Shown here: piece by piece, positions 14,601-30,000 of the stretch
Layout: each line of letters starts with the position of its first letter
How positions within the stretch are numbered: position 1 is the stretch's first letter
Notes under the pieces: model-generated
What the model was told of the DNA's origin: nothing
Database searches by the model: none
What the model saw: the letters and a program-made list of their open reading frames with translations, nothing else
Source: Phoronis australis
Lineage: Eukaryota; Animalia; Phoronida
Assembly: GCA_002633005.1 (NCBI GenBank)
Contig: NMRA01000067.1
Span: forward strand, 988,582 to 1,052,581
Direction: 5' to 3'
Length of the DNA: 64,000 bases
Position numbers and translations under genes: made by a program

Positions 14601-17600
14601 CTGGCCAAGTGCTGACACAAAAATTACCAGTCACGTCTACTTGTCCAATGAAAAAACTCATCATGTTAGTCATCGGAATAGATTTGGTTGGCAGGATTGT
14701 CTAAGCATCGTTCTGTGACCATTTCTTGTTAATAAAATTATTTTCCCCTTGGGCCTGTCTTTAGTCTATTAAACGTAGAAATATCAGATCCTATTTTGTG
14801 CAAGAAATTTGTAATAAAAAACATTAATGTGGACTACAGGAAATACATGTGTAAAGAGGTAGTTGTGTTAGTGTAATTCAGTAATTGGGACTCATCCATT
14901 CTACCTCTAAAAAGTTCTTGTTTAAGATGAGAATTGTGTCTTGGGTGAGGAAACAATAATTGCTCTCCTCCAGGTGTTGCAGTTATCATTTGTGCACGAA
15001 AGTACTGAACATTTTTCAAAAATATTGAAAATTATGTTTATTTTTTAAAAGAAAGTCAACATAGTTATCTGTTAACACACGCTACAAGTTATATGAACAT
15101 TATCCTGTTTTACATTCATATATTGACTCACAGGGCGTTTATATAAATGCAGCTGTTACATCTCCTAGGTAATTACTTAGGAGTTCAGTACCGCAGTCTG
15201 AGAAGGTCATCTGTGTACGAGGATGGGTTGTCAAGTTCTCCACTAGGGGGAGATCAGTTTCACGCTATGATGGACCAGTTCGGAGCCTATGGGGTGTTTG
15301 AAGAGTAAGTTGATTTCAGGCCTCTTGAACATTTTTCTTCACATTATTTGGTAAGTGACAACTCGGCGCATTTACAAAATCATCTAATTTAAGTCAAAAA
15401 AGGTAACTTTAATTTGGGAAACCATTCAAAATTTAGTTTTGCAGTTCCTACCTATCTACCATTGCCTACCAGGTCACACGACCATGTCTTTTTGGTAAAA
15501 TTCAGCAAAACGGTAACTAAGTACTTTCTCATGAAAACAATGTCATCGATAATATGATGGCAATTTCTTTTGACAGAAATATTCAAGTTGAAGTCTTGTG
15601 TTTTGTGCAACTTAATCTTTTCATAAAAACATTGAAAAGCTTAGTAACTTTTTAGAAACAATTTCGAATTCCTGCAAGTATTTTGGAGACTGGATAAATC
15701 ACTGGCATTTTTTTCAATATATATAAGAATGTAGCCTGCTCTGAGTCAGTGAATGCTTTCATGCAGAGCTCTCATCCGCACTGTTACAAGTTGTAGAATG
15801 ATTAACAAATACGTTATGAAACAATATTTACCATGAAGACCGAAAGAAAACCAAGAAACCTGACGAGACAAGGAGTGTTTTAGTGACGCGTGTGTGTAGT
15901 TATACTCACGCTGTACAGAATATTGATGAATTACTAGACAAGAAGAATTTTCTCACGTTCTTTGGATCCAATCTGCCATTTGTGAGATGTGGTGCTCTGA
16001 AGAAAGTCAAATTATTTAAACACTTTTTAAGCGCTACCTAATCTTTAGTGCTTGCAACACTCAACCTGTGTTAAGTTTCTAGTAGATATATTTCATATTT
16101 GTATTATCCTTGACAGAACTCACATAGCTACAGTGGAGTTCTGAATGAACAGATGTTGCTGAAATTTCTCTACCAGGCAACTGTGCAGAACTGTGGCAAT
16201 AAACCCGTGTGTTATATCGAAAAAACAAGTTTCGATTTAGGCCACTTGGTCGTATCCTGTTCTTTACTCAGTTCAGTAATATTCTATGGACTTGTTAGTA
16301 TCTTGACCGATCTTGGTTTCTGGCTGTTGCAAACTCAGTTCTTTGGAAGCCCTGAAATCACCTCTAATTTCATTCAAAGGGGCTTGGCTAGTCACTGATC
16401 CACATGGTGTAGTAAAACAATTATCTTCTCAGCCAGGACTATAAACCTTTTATTAGGCTGAGTTTAGGTTCACAGGCCAACTGGCATAGTTGTTTGCTAA
16501 GAGCATGTTTTCACAAAAAACTGCTCTTACTTGTCTTGCATGCCAGTTTAAAAAAGCCTATTGTGTATGAAGGACACCCATGATGTACAACTGTCGCCAA
16601 AATTCTAGGCCACTATGTAAACTAGTTACCCCTTCCAAGCCCAGAATGTTGACTAATAAACAATTTCAGACCAATTTCATAATCTGGCAAGTTGCCTAAA
16701 TCGAAACTTTTTGATGAAAAGTACGGGTTCAATGCTGCTTTAAACTGGCCTTGTTATTATTTGAAATGGTTCGATCAGATCAAGCAACATTTTGTTCATT
16801 TTGAAATTTCAGCCAAGAGGCAATCCGTTCACTATGGGAACGGTTGAAAGCTGAGGAGCCCCACCTAGTGTCATCTTTTGAAAGATGCCTCGGGAAGATA
16901 TCATCAGAGATGAAGAAAACACACAATGAATACCAGACTGTGGAGGCTGCTCTGAAGAAGTGAGCTTGTTGATCTTTTGAGATACTCATATGCTAAGTCT
17001 GTATTGTATGATGCTTGAACTTTACTTTAAAATATCACCAAGTTTGGACAAAACTAAAATTGGCAGTTTTCCTTTTTTCTAACATAATTATTGTCTGGAG
17101 ATAGCAGAGGTATAGATCTTTCAAAATGTTAAAACATTTGTTTTATGCTACATATATTTTGTGAAAATGCAAAAAAAATATGATTTCGCTTGTCGGCCAT
17201 ATATGCTGGTGCGATATTACTGCAAGAGTGCAATCATCAATCTCACTGGAACGTCAAGGACAATTCAGTCTGGCCATGTTGCATGAAACTGTTGGATCCT
17301 GTATAGTACCTTATTGGCCGCACAGCTTTAAAGTTTCCCTGTTTGTCTCCTCTGTGTCTAACACTGGTCATTGAGCTCTCAGTGCTATCTCTCCCCTACT
17401 GGGCTTCTGTGTGTCAATGGAAAGTAGACAGCATGCAGAGACCCCATGTGGTTATGACTTTTGTGTTCAACTTGGTATTTTACACAGTTCTCTGAGTGGA
17501 GAATCTTGGAGTTGGGATTTTCAATCAAGCATGACCTCTGCTTTTAAGTCCCTGGTGTGTGCATGTCTGTGAGTAAGTGCTAGTAGTCTGTCCTCATATG

Positions 17601-20600
17601 TTCACACTGATTCTTGATAAATCATTTTGCTGATAAGGTCTGTCTCTTGTAATGTTTGTTTTTCTTATTTATGGGACTGTTTCTGAAGTTTTCTAATAGA
17701 AGCAATGGCCTTGAAAAAAACTCAATCTAGCTTCTCAAGTTTCTACCCTGAAGGTCAACCATTATGTAGTTTATCAACCTATGAAAGTGATAAAAGTGTA
17801 GCAGCTAATCTTTGGTTACAGTCCTCACACAGAGTGCGAGTCATTCTCAGATCACTGAGGGTTAGTTCCATAGAACGGGTGACCCCTGGAGCTGCCAGGC
17901 TGTGTGTGATTGTGACTCAGAGATACTACAGCACATACATTATATTAGCACCACCCCTCATTGAGAAAAATAGTTCGCATATCATGAAAATAGGGCAATA
18001 AAAAGTCCCTGGTCTCACTTGTTCAAACGTCTCTCTGCCTATATTGTGGCAAGTATGTGCATGTGGGGGGGGGGCACTTCCCATGATTTTTTCAAATAGA
18101 CCAAAAAACTTTGATGGGTTTTAGCATTGGTCATGAGGATGTGGAACATGTGGTTTACAGTAGTAATTTAGTAATTATGGTAACCGTCTGTGTGGCTGAA
18201 GATACAGTAATCATATTAAGTACTGTTGAAACTTACTCTGATAACATCAAGGGAAATTTAATTAAATTTGTGTAACAGAGCCAAGTCTCCACTGAGCATC
18301 AAAAATGTGTATTTCACCTCATCAGGTTCAGTTCAGTTACACATGATAATTTTCAATTTCAAGTTGGCAAAGGAAGGAAACACCCTTCTCCTAAGCCTGT
18401 CTCTAGCGAAGTGCCCGACACATACAGTCGCGCCAGCATGCCCACGTAACAAAGGCGTACTGAGACGCAACAAAGACATTAGCATAAGAATAACTGATCA
18501 TTTGTTACTAAATAATAATAACAATAAGCGTAAAGTTACGAACGTCCCATCACATTTGTAACACTTTTGACACAATACACCAAAATATATTGTATAATGG
18601 GAACCCCCCCCCCCGTCAATGAACCTCTGGCAGTGTTTATTAGGATTAGATTAAATAGGTTAACTTTGGAAGTGGTCTGAGTTGACCTAATTGTCAACTG
18701 ACTCTGGGTGGTTGTTCTTTTGTTGTCCGTGATGATACCTTGTCGTCGAATCAAAAATTTCTAATTTCTACTGTCAGTCTTCTTTTGCTTCCCTGTTAAC
18801 TTCTGGTTTTCTAGTGGGAATTGGCATTAACATGTTGACAATGGACAATCGAGCAAATTTTTTCACTAACCTCAAAAAGAAAGATGATTTTCACATGACT
18901 AGTGCATCTGGTGTGTTGTCAAACAATAAAGTTGAACCTCACTGATGCTGGATCCAGATCAAGTTTTATTAGCCATATTAGCTGTGTGTGTGTTTGACTA
19001 ACTTATGATTACCATATTATTATTGACCCAGATGTTGGTTGGTCATTTGACAGTAGTGTTCACTTGTTTTAAACTGTGACACATCTCAGTAATGTTTATT
19101 ACTTAATGACAGACTATATAGTATTATAGCATAATCTGTCTCTTGGATGCGGGGGAGGTAATAGTCACTCACTTTGTCAGAACCACTTTACTGCACTGAA
19201 TAACAAGCATGAGACTGGTTCTCGAAATGCGGGACCGGTGCCGTTGACTATTGCCGGATGTGGTGCGATTTTGGAAAAGTGTGGTGTCAACTCCAGGGTT
19301 TTTTTCATGTTGATGAGACTGTGTTGAGCAAGTGTTGATCTCTTCACTGGCCTTTATTTTATTTTGTTCCAACTCTATTGAAGGTTCACCTCTACTTTGA
19401 TGTAAACGTGTGCATAGATTGTAATGTTCTGTTGTCTTCAGATCGCTGTATTTTGTTTCCAGTCGTAGCAGTGCCCACGATGAGGAAGTGAGACACCTTT
19501 ATGAAGAGATGGAGAATCAGATAAAACTTGAAAAGGAGCGATTCAAACAAGAGGTATATCTTGAAATGTTATGATGAGGACTTCATTCCTCCTGAGTTAT
19601 AACTACAGTTAGTGAAACTGGGCTATTGAGGTGAACATTATGTTTAAATATTGCATATAACTTTAAGAAAACAAGTTAAAATTCTGACTCTATCAGTTCA
19701 TGTGGCGGTTCTCCAGTTAATTTGCACTGTAATTCCCAATAGTTAAGATTTGCAAAATAAACTGAATATTCACAAGTTTAGGATGTTTTAAACAGTTTCG
19801 CTCGTATTTTCGTTTATAATTGATATTCTGGTTGATAACCTGACACTCTATATGAATCTGTAGTCTTAATAAGTTATGTAGTTATACAAAGTCTTCCAAT
19901 TACAGTTTGGGTGTTATGTACTTTGTTTAGGAGAAGGTTAGAGAGCGCCAACTGAGGGCAGACATGGAACAGGAACTGGCTGAGAAAGAGAGTCAACTGC
20001 AGGAGGTTATAAATAGACAGAGGGAGGTAGGTGGGTGGTAGGGGTGGTGGAGCTGTTGTAAAGGGTGACGGAACTGTTGTAGGAATTGTGGGACAGCTGT
20101 AGGGAGTGGTGGAGCTCTTGTAGGGACATTGGAGTTACTGTGTAAGGAGTGGTGGGGCAGCTGGAGGGGTGGTGAGGCTGCTGTAGGGATGGCGGGTCTG
20201 CTGTAGGGATGGCTGGGCTGCTGCAGGGGTGGCGCTGCTGCTGTTGGGGTGGAGGGCTCTTCTAGGTGTTGATGCACTGTTTAAACTTAAGGAAATTTAG
20301 AATGTAGACAGACAGCTGCATAAAAACACATAGAAAAATATGGAATACAGTCAACTGTGTACCACAACTTTGCTGGTGAAGCTCACAGTTGAAGATATGT
20401 CCACGACTGGCAGTTTTGTTAGATTATTATTGATACTCTTCAAGTCGCAAATTGTGCAGCATTGAGGCATCCCCCTGGAGGACAGCTTGGAGTTACCAGC
20501 TGCCCAGTGAGGTAGATCATACATCAGCTGTCACTCCATTCTCTTGATGTTCAGGTGTCATTCATTCAACAAAATATCAAACTGTAGTGTATAAATACTA

Positions 20601-23600
20601 AACACCTTGTCCGAAGTTTGGAAATTTGTGTTCACTCGGCCGTGTTTTAATTATTTTGGTTTGATTAAGTCATTTTGCATACCAGTGAAAAACCCAGTAA
20701 TTCCCATTTCCAACAATAATACATTCCGTCAACTTAATGTTTATTGTTTTTAGTAACTTTGCTGCCAAAGAGGGCTCGGTCTAAAAGTGAATGTTGCAAA
20801 TTCAGTTGGAGCTAAATGCGTATTCAAGTTTGAGCATTCAGCTTTTTGAAGAGCAATTATGGTAATAATGATAATGATAATAAACTTTATTTATAGAGGA
20901 TAAAATACAATAGATATAAAACATGCTTTAGCCAAAGGCTAATGTACAGCATTGTCCTCTGCAGCAAAAATTAAATTAAATTAAATAAATTAAGATAGAT
21001 ATTGATAAATAAATTAAATTAATTTATATTAAATTAAACAGTATTTACGATTTGGATATACAGATTGAATTAAAAATAAATAAATGAAAACTTATATGGT
21101 ATATATGGAGTGACAAAAAGGAGGGACAGCTCTTACGACAACAGGTAACTAATGAGTTGGTGTCTGAAATCATCATAAGGGTCAGCCTCCTTTAGACTAT
21201 TTGGAAAATTGTTCCACTGTTGAATGGCTTGAATAAAGAACGACTTAGAATAAAACAAACTTCTGGTTCCATGGTAATAAAATTTATTTATGACAATTTG
21301 GCAATACTTAAACATTTCGTTTATTGAACAACTGACTGATAGACAGTTGTGATAGTCTGACTGATAGACAACCGTGATAGTCTTCTCAGCATTGGGTCCA
21401 CTAACCATTCGCAGTCACTATAGCAACACATCTCCTTTATGTGCTGTTTACTAGCCTGGCAACGTGTTGCTGTGTGATGGCATTCCACTCCTGAGTCAGT
21501 AAGTGCCTTGAGTCAGCCACAGTGGTTGTGTTGGACACTCGTGCAAGTACATCTCGTCCGAGTTGGTCCCAATAAGGTTCAAGTTTGGGCTGCCTACGGG
21601 CCATTTCATTTGGAGCCAGAACACCAGATTTTCACATTTGAGGAAAGCTGCAAACGGGGCGCAATTTACATAATTGTGATTCATACTGAGCCTGCTAACA
21701 GCAGGAATTCTATACTATCAATTACTCACAAATTTGGTTTTTACCCCTGGTTTTAATCACCAGCACATCACTGGTGGTGTCATTTTTTCGCAGCAAAGTT
21801 ACTAAGCATAACAAAAATTTATTGACAAAATATAGCATTGTTGGAAAAGGGAATGACTGAGCTTTCCATTGGCATGCAACATGATTTAAATAAACCAAAA
21901 GTAATGAAAACACGCACGAGTGAACACAAATTTCCAAACTTTTGTTGAGATGTTTTCTCTCGAAACTATTTGGTTTGTGCACATCAGTTTAAATTCTGGC
22001 AGCTCATGAGGTCTTGTTAACATTACATGCTTTTTATTGGTGTTAATTTGTATTTTGGTCATTGTGTGCTTTCCATTTGCATTGTGATTTACGAAATTCA
22101 ACAATTTCATTTTCAGCTGGAGCAGCGTCTTAGTAGGATGAACATGTCTGAAGCAGAGATCAAGCAAGAGAACGAACGACTTTTGAAGGTATGTGACTGC
22201 CAGGTGTTTCATTAACATTGGAAGTAGGTGGCACCTGGCATTTTTTTGAAATCTCCTATTAGTGGCGATTGTGCTATCTCTGATGAACTGCTTGATTGAT
22301 TCATGAATTTGCCATAAAGGCAAACGATGAAAACTACCCATGACTTCGAGATTCAGTGTTGTATCTGGTATTTATGATTACATGCAGATTCTGACAGTTG
22401 AAATACTTGGTGGCCAAATCTAAAACAAATATTTCATTTAGTACTAGCATCACTAATTTTTTTCATTGTTACTTAAACTGTGTTGGGTTATTTACAATTT
22501 TTTGTTTATCCTTTTTTTCTTTAAGTCAAAATTATCGTTTGAAATGTACCTTGTCAGCAAATATTTCTAAATGAGATAAAATGTGTTAACATCTCCAGTT
22601 ATAAATGTATATTCTAGAAACCCATGCTATTGTTTTGATGATTGTTCATTTTACGTTTATACAAAGCAGAACTTTCACTTATAAAAATAACATGACATCT
22701 GTTTTAAGCTGCTTCTTTCAGGGACATTGTCCGTTTAACGACTGAAAATGTCTTTTTGGATTGGATGCGTTAGACTTGTTGAAGATATTAGCCTTGATCA
22801 AAACTATAAATTTACAACAAAATTCATGTCTTTTTTCATTTTGTTACAAATTGCAATTCTCTCCTTTTTCTGCCACGCATTTGCTGAAGGTTAGTGACGT
22901 TACCTCTTAAATACGCTTAAAATACTCTGCCATCTATCAAGTGGAGTTACCTCCACTAACAGCGTGTTAGACTGAGACAACAGAGATTGCTGATGCAGAG
23001 CTCAAAAACACACTTTTTTCTTTCTATTGACTTTTTTAGGATAAAACCGAGTTGCTGCAGCTGCTGGAGAATTCTCACGATGAGCTGGAGGAACAGAAAT
23101 CTTACCTGGCAAATGTCAAGAAAATGACGAAGGAAGAGAGGCGGGACCGGGCACTGTATGTAACACGTGTAGGGTGGGGCGTTATAATTTATATTATTTT
23201 GTGGAGTGTGAGTTGGGGTGCTGCAATTAACATTTGGGAGGAGCTGGGAGTGTCGTAACTAACCTTTTGAGGGCTTGTGTTGGAGTGCATTCTGTAGAGC
23301 AAGTTTCGCGCGAACGGCAAGTCAACTCTGGACTCAACTCATACGTTATAGCAAAATGTCCTTCGTTGAAATGATTGGAGCACGAATGTTGAATTATAGC
23401 AGATATGCCACTGCTTTTCCATTGGTGAAACTTTGTCACAAGTGCTCAGCGAGTATCTCGCGCCAACGTCCCTGTTGACCACGTTATTAAACATGTCATG
23501 TCGAAGACCAGAAATTGTCAACACTTACATAATTAACGAATTTTCTGCTCTCAGATTGTGAAGTAATCAATAAACTCCACATTACTTTTGGTATAGTCCT

Positions 23601-23997
23601 GTAAAACTATTGGCATTAATTTGACTTATTAAGAAACCCCAAAATTGTTCAAAACTCAGTTATGACGAGTTATATTAATTTTCAGTCTCTAGAGGGTTCC
23701 ATGTTGACGTCATTGTGTAACAAGAACTTCAAAACACAACCATTTGTATAAGCAAAGTCATAGTGCTCACCTCGTAGGTTAGAGGTTCCACTGTGGCAGT
23801 GTTCTCAGTACCTTGCAAAATTCTCAGTCACCCAAGTCTCAACATGAGGCGGTTACTAACATTTCTGCTCAACACTCCCTAAATTTAGATGAAACAGTAT
23901 GCACTCTGTTGTTGCCATTTTTTTTTTAATTATGTTGGGCATTCAGACACACACACACGCACACGCACACACACACACACACACGCACACGCACACT

Positions 23998-24035
<38 letters not shown>

Positions 24036-27000
24036 TGCACACAAACGCACACAAACGCACACAAACATGTAATATTTGAAACTATTCGTTTAAACCTCTA
24101 ACACTAATTCAAAGCCTGAGAAGTGAGTCCTCCAATCTCGTGGCGTCTTGTTTTTGTCATGTTCCCAGATCCAGTCTCCATAGCTCTGTGTTATCTTCTA
24201 TCTTTTGGTTCACAGCCAAGCTGTCCAGGTGACAACAGGGATTGCGTTAGAGAGAGAAACGCTTGTTAGGCAACTGGATCTTCTCAGGTGTGTAAGCTGT
24301 CCTTCTACTTTGATATTATGATAGTTTTGTGAGTGGAAGGATACGCCAGTATCACAAATACAAATATATTAATCCTTTTGCACAGAGTTCCAACAATTCG
24401 ACTTAAAACCTCTACTCTCATTTAGTGTGTTGGTGCTTTGACGGATTTGTGCTTGAATTTGAAAAAGGTCTGTGGTATAGTGGTGTTGATTGAGTGTGTA
24501 TAATTATGTTCTGTCTAAAACAGTGCCATCTTGAGTTGAGGTGATTTAAACTCTTGCCGGATTTAATCCTGTGTGTGTACCTTATGATTTGCCGTCTCTT
24601 GTAAACAACTGGTTCAAACATGAGTGTCAAGTTTATGTCTTGTCGCTTTAGTCTAGGCAGGTCTTATCTCGACTGATAATGGACCCTACTGCAGAATACA
24701 ATGTACCAATTTGAACTTGCTGAAACACAAAGCAAGTTCAGTTTTCAACCAATCAGAATGACTGAGCGCTATGACATAAACTATCTCATGTTACCTAATG
24801 AAAATCCTTGGTCCATCATCATTCAGCAGTCAAGAATCTTATTTCTCTATGTCTCTGTGTTAGGCTGTTTGGGTTTATTGCATTGTGTCATGTTAAAGCC
24901 TAACTTCAATGGAATTTTGTTATTTTAGATGTATTGGGATAACCAGATAGTCCTAGCAAAGCCTTAGTAAAATAAGAAAATGCGAGTTCAATCACGCAAA
25001 TGTTAGCCAGTCAAATGATAGGAGAAGCTGCCTTTTCGTGCCATGTTGCGTCACCGCGAGATCCCAGCACAAACAACAAAAGGCCGATTAACAGTTGTAT
25101 TGGGTAGGGGTCTGAATAGAACACCATTGCATGCAGGTGTTACTCGCAGCTGTTTGAATTTAAAGGTGATTCTCACGGTGACGTAGACAAAAGCAAGCCA
25201 ATATTCCTAACAGTTCGTTACATTTGGCAATTTATGGCACTAGCTGGCTCTGAGCGATGCTCTTGACATAATATAGGAGCCAAATTTACAGGTGTTACCG
25301 TTTAAGATAGGCTTTAATGAATGTTTTTCTTTTAGAGACATGAACAAGAAGTTAAGAGACGAGCAAGATATTGCAGAATCTCGAAAGGTGAGTATCTACT
25401 TATCATTGCCATGGAGACTAGGTGCTTTGACGCTGGGATGGTTTAGTCTTCAAACACTGCTGCGCATCAACGCTTTTGGTCTTTGTTGGAGAATAGTTTG
25501 AGAACACTCCAGGCAACAGGAAGGGTGGATGATGAAGAGTTAACTTTGTAGTAATTCAGGTCATTTTAAAACTGTTGGAGTTGTGTTTTTTGTGCAAGAT
25601 ACAGCGATTGTCAACGACGTAATCTAGTGTGTAAATGATAAATGTATGGCTTTATAAGTCAAAGTGACTGTCCATTCACCAAATCTAACTGCTAGCACTG
25701 TTTTCCCCCTAGTCTACGTCAGGTACCCCCAGGCCTGCACAGCGGAGGATACAGGTAGTGAAGTAACAATGGATGCATCATGAAGTCAGAACTCACTCTT
25801 GCGCTCTTCTCGCTTTCTCTGCCAAGCGTTGGCTGAAAGTGTCACTTGGGTTGATTATTTTGCATCTCCAAAATATTAAGGGAAGAATATCATGAGCACA
25901 AGTCAATGTTGCGCAATTTTTCCAACCTGTTCTATTTCTATCATAGGACATTGCCAAACTGTAGTGATGTCCGTTTGTGTAGTACCCATGTAACGTACAC
26001 TCTCAATATTCATGGAACATTCAGGAGAGATTGCGAACAAGCCTGGGACAGTTAGACTTTAGCGATAACCCTGGTGCGGGTCTGAGATCATGTGCAACCG
26101 TGACAGAAGTCTGGTCTCTCAATTTCTGATTACAAAGAACAATTTCCTTCATTGTCTAAAGCAATCAAATGGACATTCTCTACACCTGAATTCTGATTCC
26201 CTTAAACTGAATTTTTAATTTCTGGGTTTTCAGTCACCAAGTTGGCGAGAATCATTAAATTTGAAGAAGAAAAAATTGTGAACGGGTGATATAGTTCTTT
26301 TTGTTATTTGCAACGGGGAGTTCTGAATTCATGCTATGCTACTAGATAATAACATGGTGCCGTTGAACGTTTGGTTTTGCTAATCAGTACACAGTAGTTT
26401 TGTAATTGCCTCCCCTGAACATGTGCTGTTTGCCTGTCTGTTAATCCCGCTCTTGTACTACAACACCATTTAGTCAGATCTAACAATCTCCCTCATTGCA
26501 TGCTCACTAGTGTACATGTAGTTTGTTTGTTGTTAATTCTAGCTACACAGATTAGCCAATATGAGTCAATGAATGAAACTTTCCTAAAAATCCTAAGGTG
26601 GTAAGTTGGAGTGACAAATCGTGTGTGCTAGTGCTGGTGTCTAAAGCAGGGTTTTTATCAAAACTTGCAGAAATTATTCACCTGTAGGATGGAAAAATTA
26701 TATTCTTTGCTGGAATATGGGTGAATATGAAATTGTCAATTGTGCCATTTGTCATTTCCTTAAGGTATGGACTGTTTTGTGGTGATTTGGTTCCTATGGA
26801 TACGTTCACACTGCTGCCTTTGCATCGATAACCAATCAATCAGAACATTTCCTCAGTCAAGAATATTTATTGTGCTGAGTGATATACGAGCTGTTTTAAA
26901 GCTGAATCTTGCTCAATGTTGAATTCGTAACCTTAGAGTCTTCAGGTTTGCTTGCATTACCACTCACATCTGACCTTGAATTGTTGGCGAATGAGTCAGA

Positions 27001-30000
27001 AACTCAAGTATGGGGTTGGTGAAGCCCAGTAAGCTGTGAAATGTTTCCTTAGTCGATGATTGTCTTGATGTTCTTGTTGGTATGGAGTATTATGAGATCG
27101 CTTATGCAGAGTAAAAGGCTTAATTCGATTTTCATTTTTAGCCAGATAAATAGTCCCAAAATGCGGCTTCAATTCCTGTCCTCTAATCATACCTATTCAA
27201 TAGCCCAATTAATAGTAGATGATGAATACGAATCAAAGCATATTATTTGTTTAAGTGCAAGGTGTAAATCAAAATACCCAGCTTTGAGTTGCTATAGTAA
27301 AATGTAACGTAGTAAATATGAATGTTAGATTGTTGTGATGTTGTGTGCAGTTTGCGTTTTTAACATGCTAATCCTGTGTCATGTCATGTTTTAGTTTGTG
27401 CTTGCGGTGCTGTGTTCTGCAGTTGAATTCATTGATTTAGTAATGATCCGTTTTTATGTAGCGCCCTCTGTTGGCCAAGTTGTTTCTCCCTCACTGAGAG
27501 AGCATGTTGTCCTTTTAATTGTTTGATTTTGCTTTTGTCAAAAGACAGGGCCCATGCTATCCTGAGAGGAAAAGTGCTTGCGCCTTCAGGAACTTATTGT
27601 TTGAGGGGAAAATCCCCCCTCCAGCACTGTGACCACCTTAAGTTTTTCATAAGTCATTCTAACCCTGAGGGGAATTTTTTAATCAGTGGAGTGGAATTTT
27701 GGCCCTGAAAGGGGGTAATTTCACAAGCGTTTTAAGTGTTTTTCATAGGGTATTGGGGCAGATATGCTGCCCCAAAATTGAGCTACTAAGGGCCCTGGAA
27801 AACGCAATTCAAATTCTTAAATAAGACGATTTTAAGTGAACGCTGTTTTATAGTGGCCACCAATATGCTTTGTGCATGTTGATTCATGTTGAACCTGTTG
27901 TGTCTTTGTTTAAATTTGTATTTTTGGCTTTTTAAACTCACAAACAAAAAGACCTGCTCATTTGACACTACACAGACAATTTTACGCATTCATTTTCATA
28001 ACTTAGGTGTAATTATGAGATCTGATTACAATGTTACAGATTGATCAGGCAAGACAGAACTCCAGTGACCAGTCACGGCTCCCTCTCACTAAGCAAGGCT
28101 CTCTCCTCTCCAACTACTTCAGTCCAACCCTGTCTCAAAGCTCCAGGTACTCTTGCGCCCTCTATTGTCTGTTTCACAAGAGGCTGATAGTCTCAACCTG
28201 TCTGTGCACGGTATCAGATGCACAGCCAAGTTGCAGTAAGGTGTCACCAATTTCAAACAAAACGACACTGCACCATTTTCAAGAGCTTCTAACACTGTGG
28301 TGAATAATATCCACAGTTTTTTAAAACTTTTTCCAATGGTAGATGTGCTGCAAAACTTTGTGTTGTTTATGTGTCATGAAAAAATGACAAAAGGTTGTAT
28401 TGTGTCCTAAATTGGTGAGATTTTACTGAAATTTACTTAATTATGACATGGCTGATTTCATTTATCATAATTCACAATGGACTATTATATGATTGTGTGA
28501 GTGTCTTACTTCTGTATTTTCTTAGGGCAGTTTGTAGAAAAATGGGCAGATATAACATACCCACATTTTGAGAACCAGTTGGTGCTTGTTATTCAGTGGA
28601 GAAAACTGGTTCTCAAAATGTGGGCACTTTATATCGGACTATTACCAAAAAAGGTAACGTGTAATAATGTTCTCAACTAAACCTTAAAGGAACTCACTTG
28701 ACCCATGCAAACTTGTCTTATGATAGGAACCGATGGCTTAAAAATTATACATGTTTTTGGTTGGTTAAGCAGAATTGTGCCATGTTGAGGAAACATATTT
28801 TTCATACCAGAAGTATCAATCTGATGTCGTGCAAGATGTCAAAAACTGGCTGTTTGTACATTTGGTAGTAAAAACAATTTAATAACTTCTGTTGTATTAC
28901 TGAAAGTGGAAAGAACATTATTTTGGGTGTGTGAAAGTGTAATTTGTGCAAATTATAGCGAGCTTGGATATTGTGCTTTTTTGAAGTTTTCAAAAAGAAT
29001 GTGTGTTTACATGAAGAGTCTCTGTGTGAGTTGCTATATGTCAATTTTTGTTGTATTATCCCACCAATTCATACCTCCCTTGTGTCAGCCAGTACAGAGC
29101 TGTGTAAGTGACATACTGTTCACTACCAGTTATTGTCATCGCAATTCATTGACCTTTGACCTTATTTTCCAAGGTTGGGCTCTAAGTGGTAGATCTAGAC
29201 CAGGTAAACTAGATGTTATTAGCATGCTTCATAAGCAGTCATACACTGGCACGCACTCCATGCTTGTGTTCCCATGGAGACAATCTGTTGTCAACTAATG
29301 TTGTACACTCAGTTACTTTACTATTAGGAGAAAATTTTAAATCAATAACTACTCTTATTTGTTCAGTTATCAGTGTTTTAATGTCATCATTGTGATACTG
29401 TGTTGTTTGACCATCTTTGCACTTTTATGGTTAGTGTCAGCACAGAACGTTAATTTTGCATTATTTCACTGACGTTTGCTATTTCCTGTTTCTGTGTGTT
29501 GCTTTGACTTAAAAGTGAGCTGAGTTTCTTTTGTTTTAAATGGGAAATTTTGTTTTGATAATGTTGTGGTCAGTAAGGTTTCTGAATTTTGATTGATGAG
29601 CCTGGGTGGCAAAACTGGTTGATGTCTTCTCAGAAGCAAAATCCCAGGCAAGTCTTAACATTCTGACAGTACTGACTTCATAAGGGTTGAAGTAAAAAGT
29701 AGTACTACACAATCTTATTCTATTCCAGGCTTGACTTTTCCCTGATCCACAGGGGGTAATAAAACAATTATCTTCTCAGCCATTCCCATGAATCTTTTGT
29801 TTACTTACACAGTACAACTGTACAGTTGTGCTTACTAAGGTTCACAAAGAACTGCTTCCACTGTCCTTGCATTCAAAAGTCCTGTGAACAACCACCATTA
29901 ATATTCTGTGCCACTGTGTGGACTTGTTACCCCCTCCAAGCCCAAAGTGTGCAGGCTTGTACAATATTTTTCAAGCTGAGTCAATTATGTACAAGCTTTT

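Noticed and set aside
19993-20277. Pro-rich minus-strand ORF
   Set aside because: Translation of a G-rich minisatellite antisense to an intron
23889-24101. His/Thr-rich ORF
   Set aside because: Product of a (CA)n microsatellite
29174-29203. 30-nt microexon with good splice sites (ttttccaag|...|gtaaac)
   Set aside because: Open only in phase 1, while the flanking exons are phase 2 (gives a stop); no compatible partner exon found
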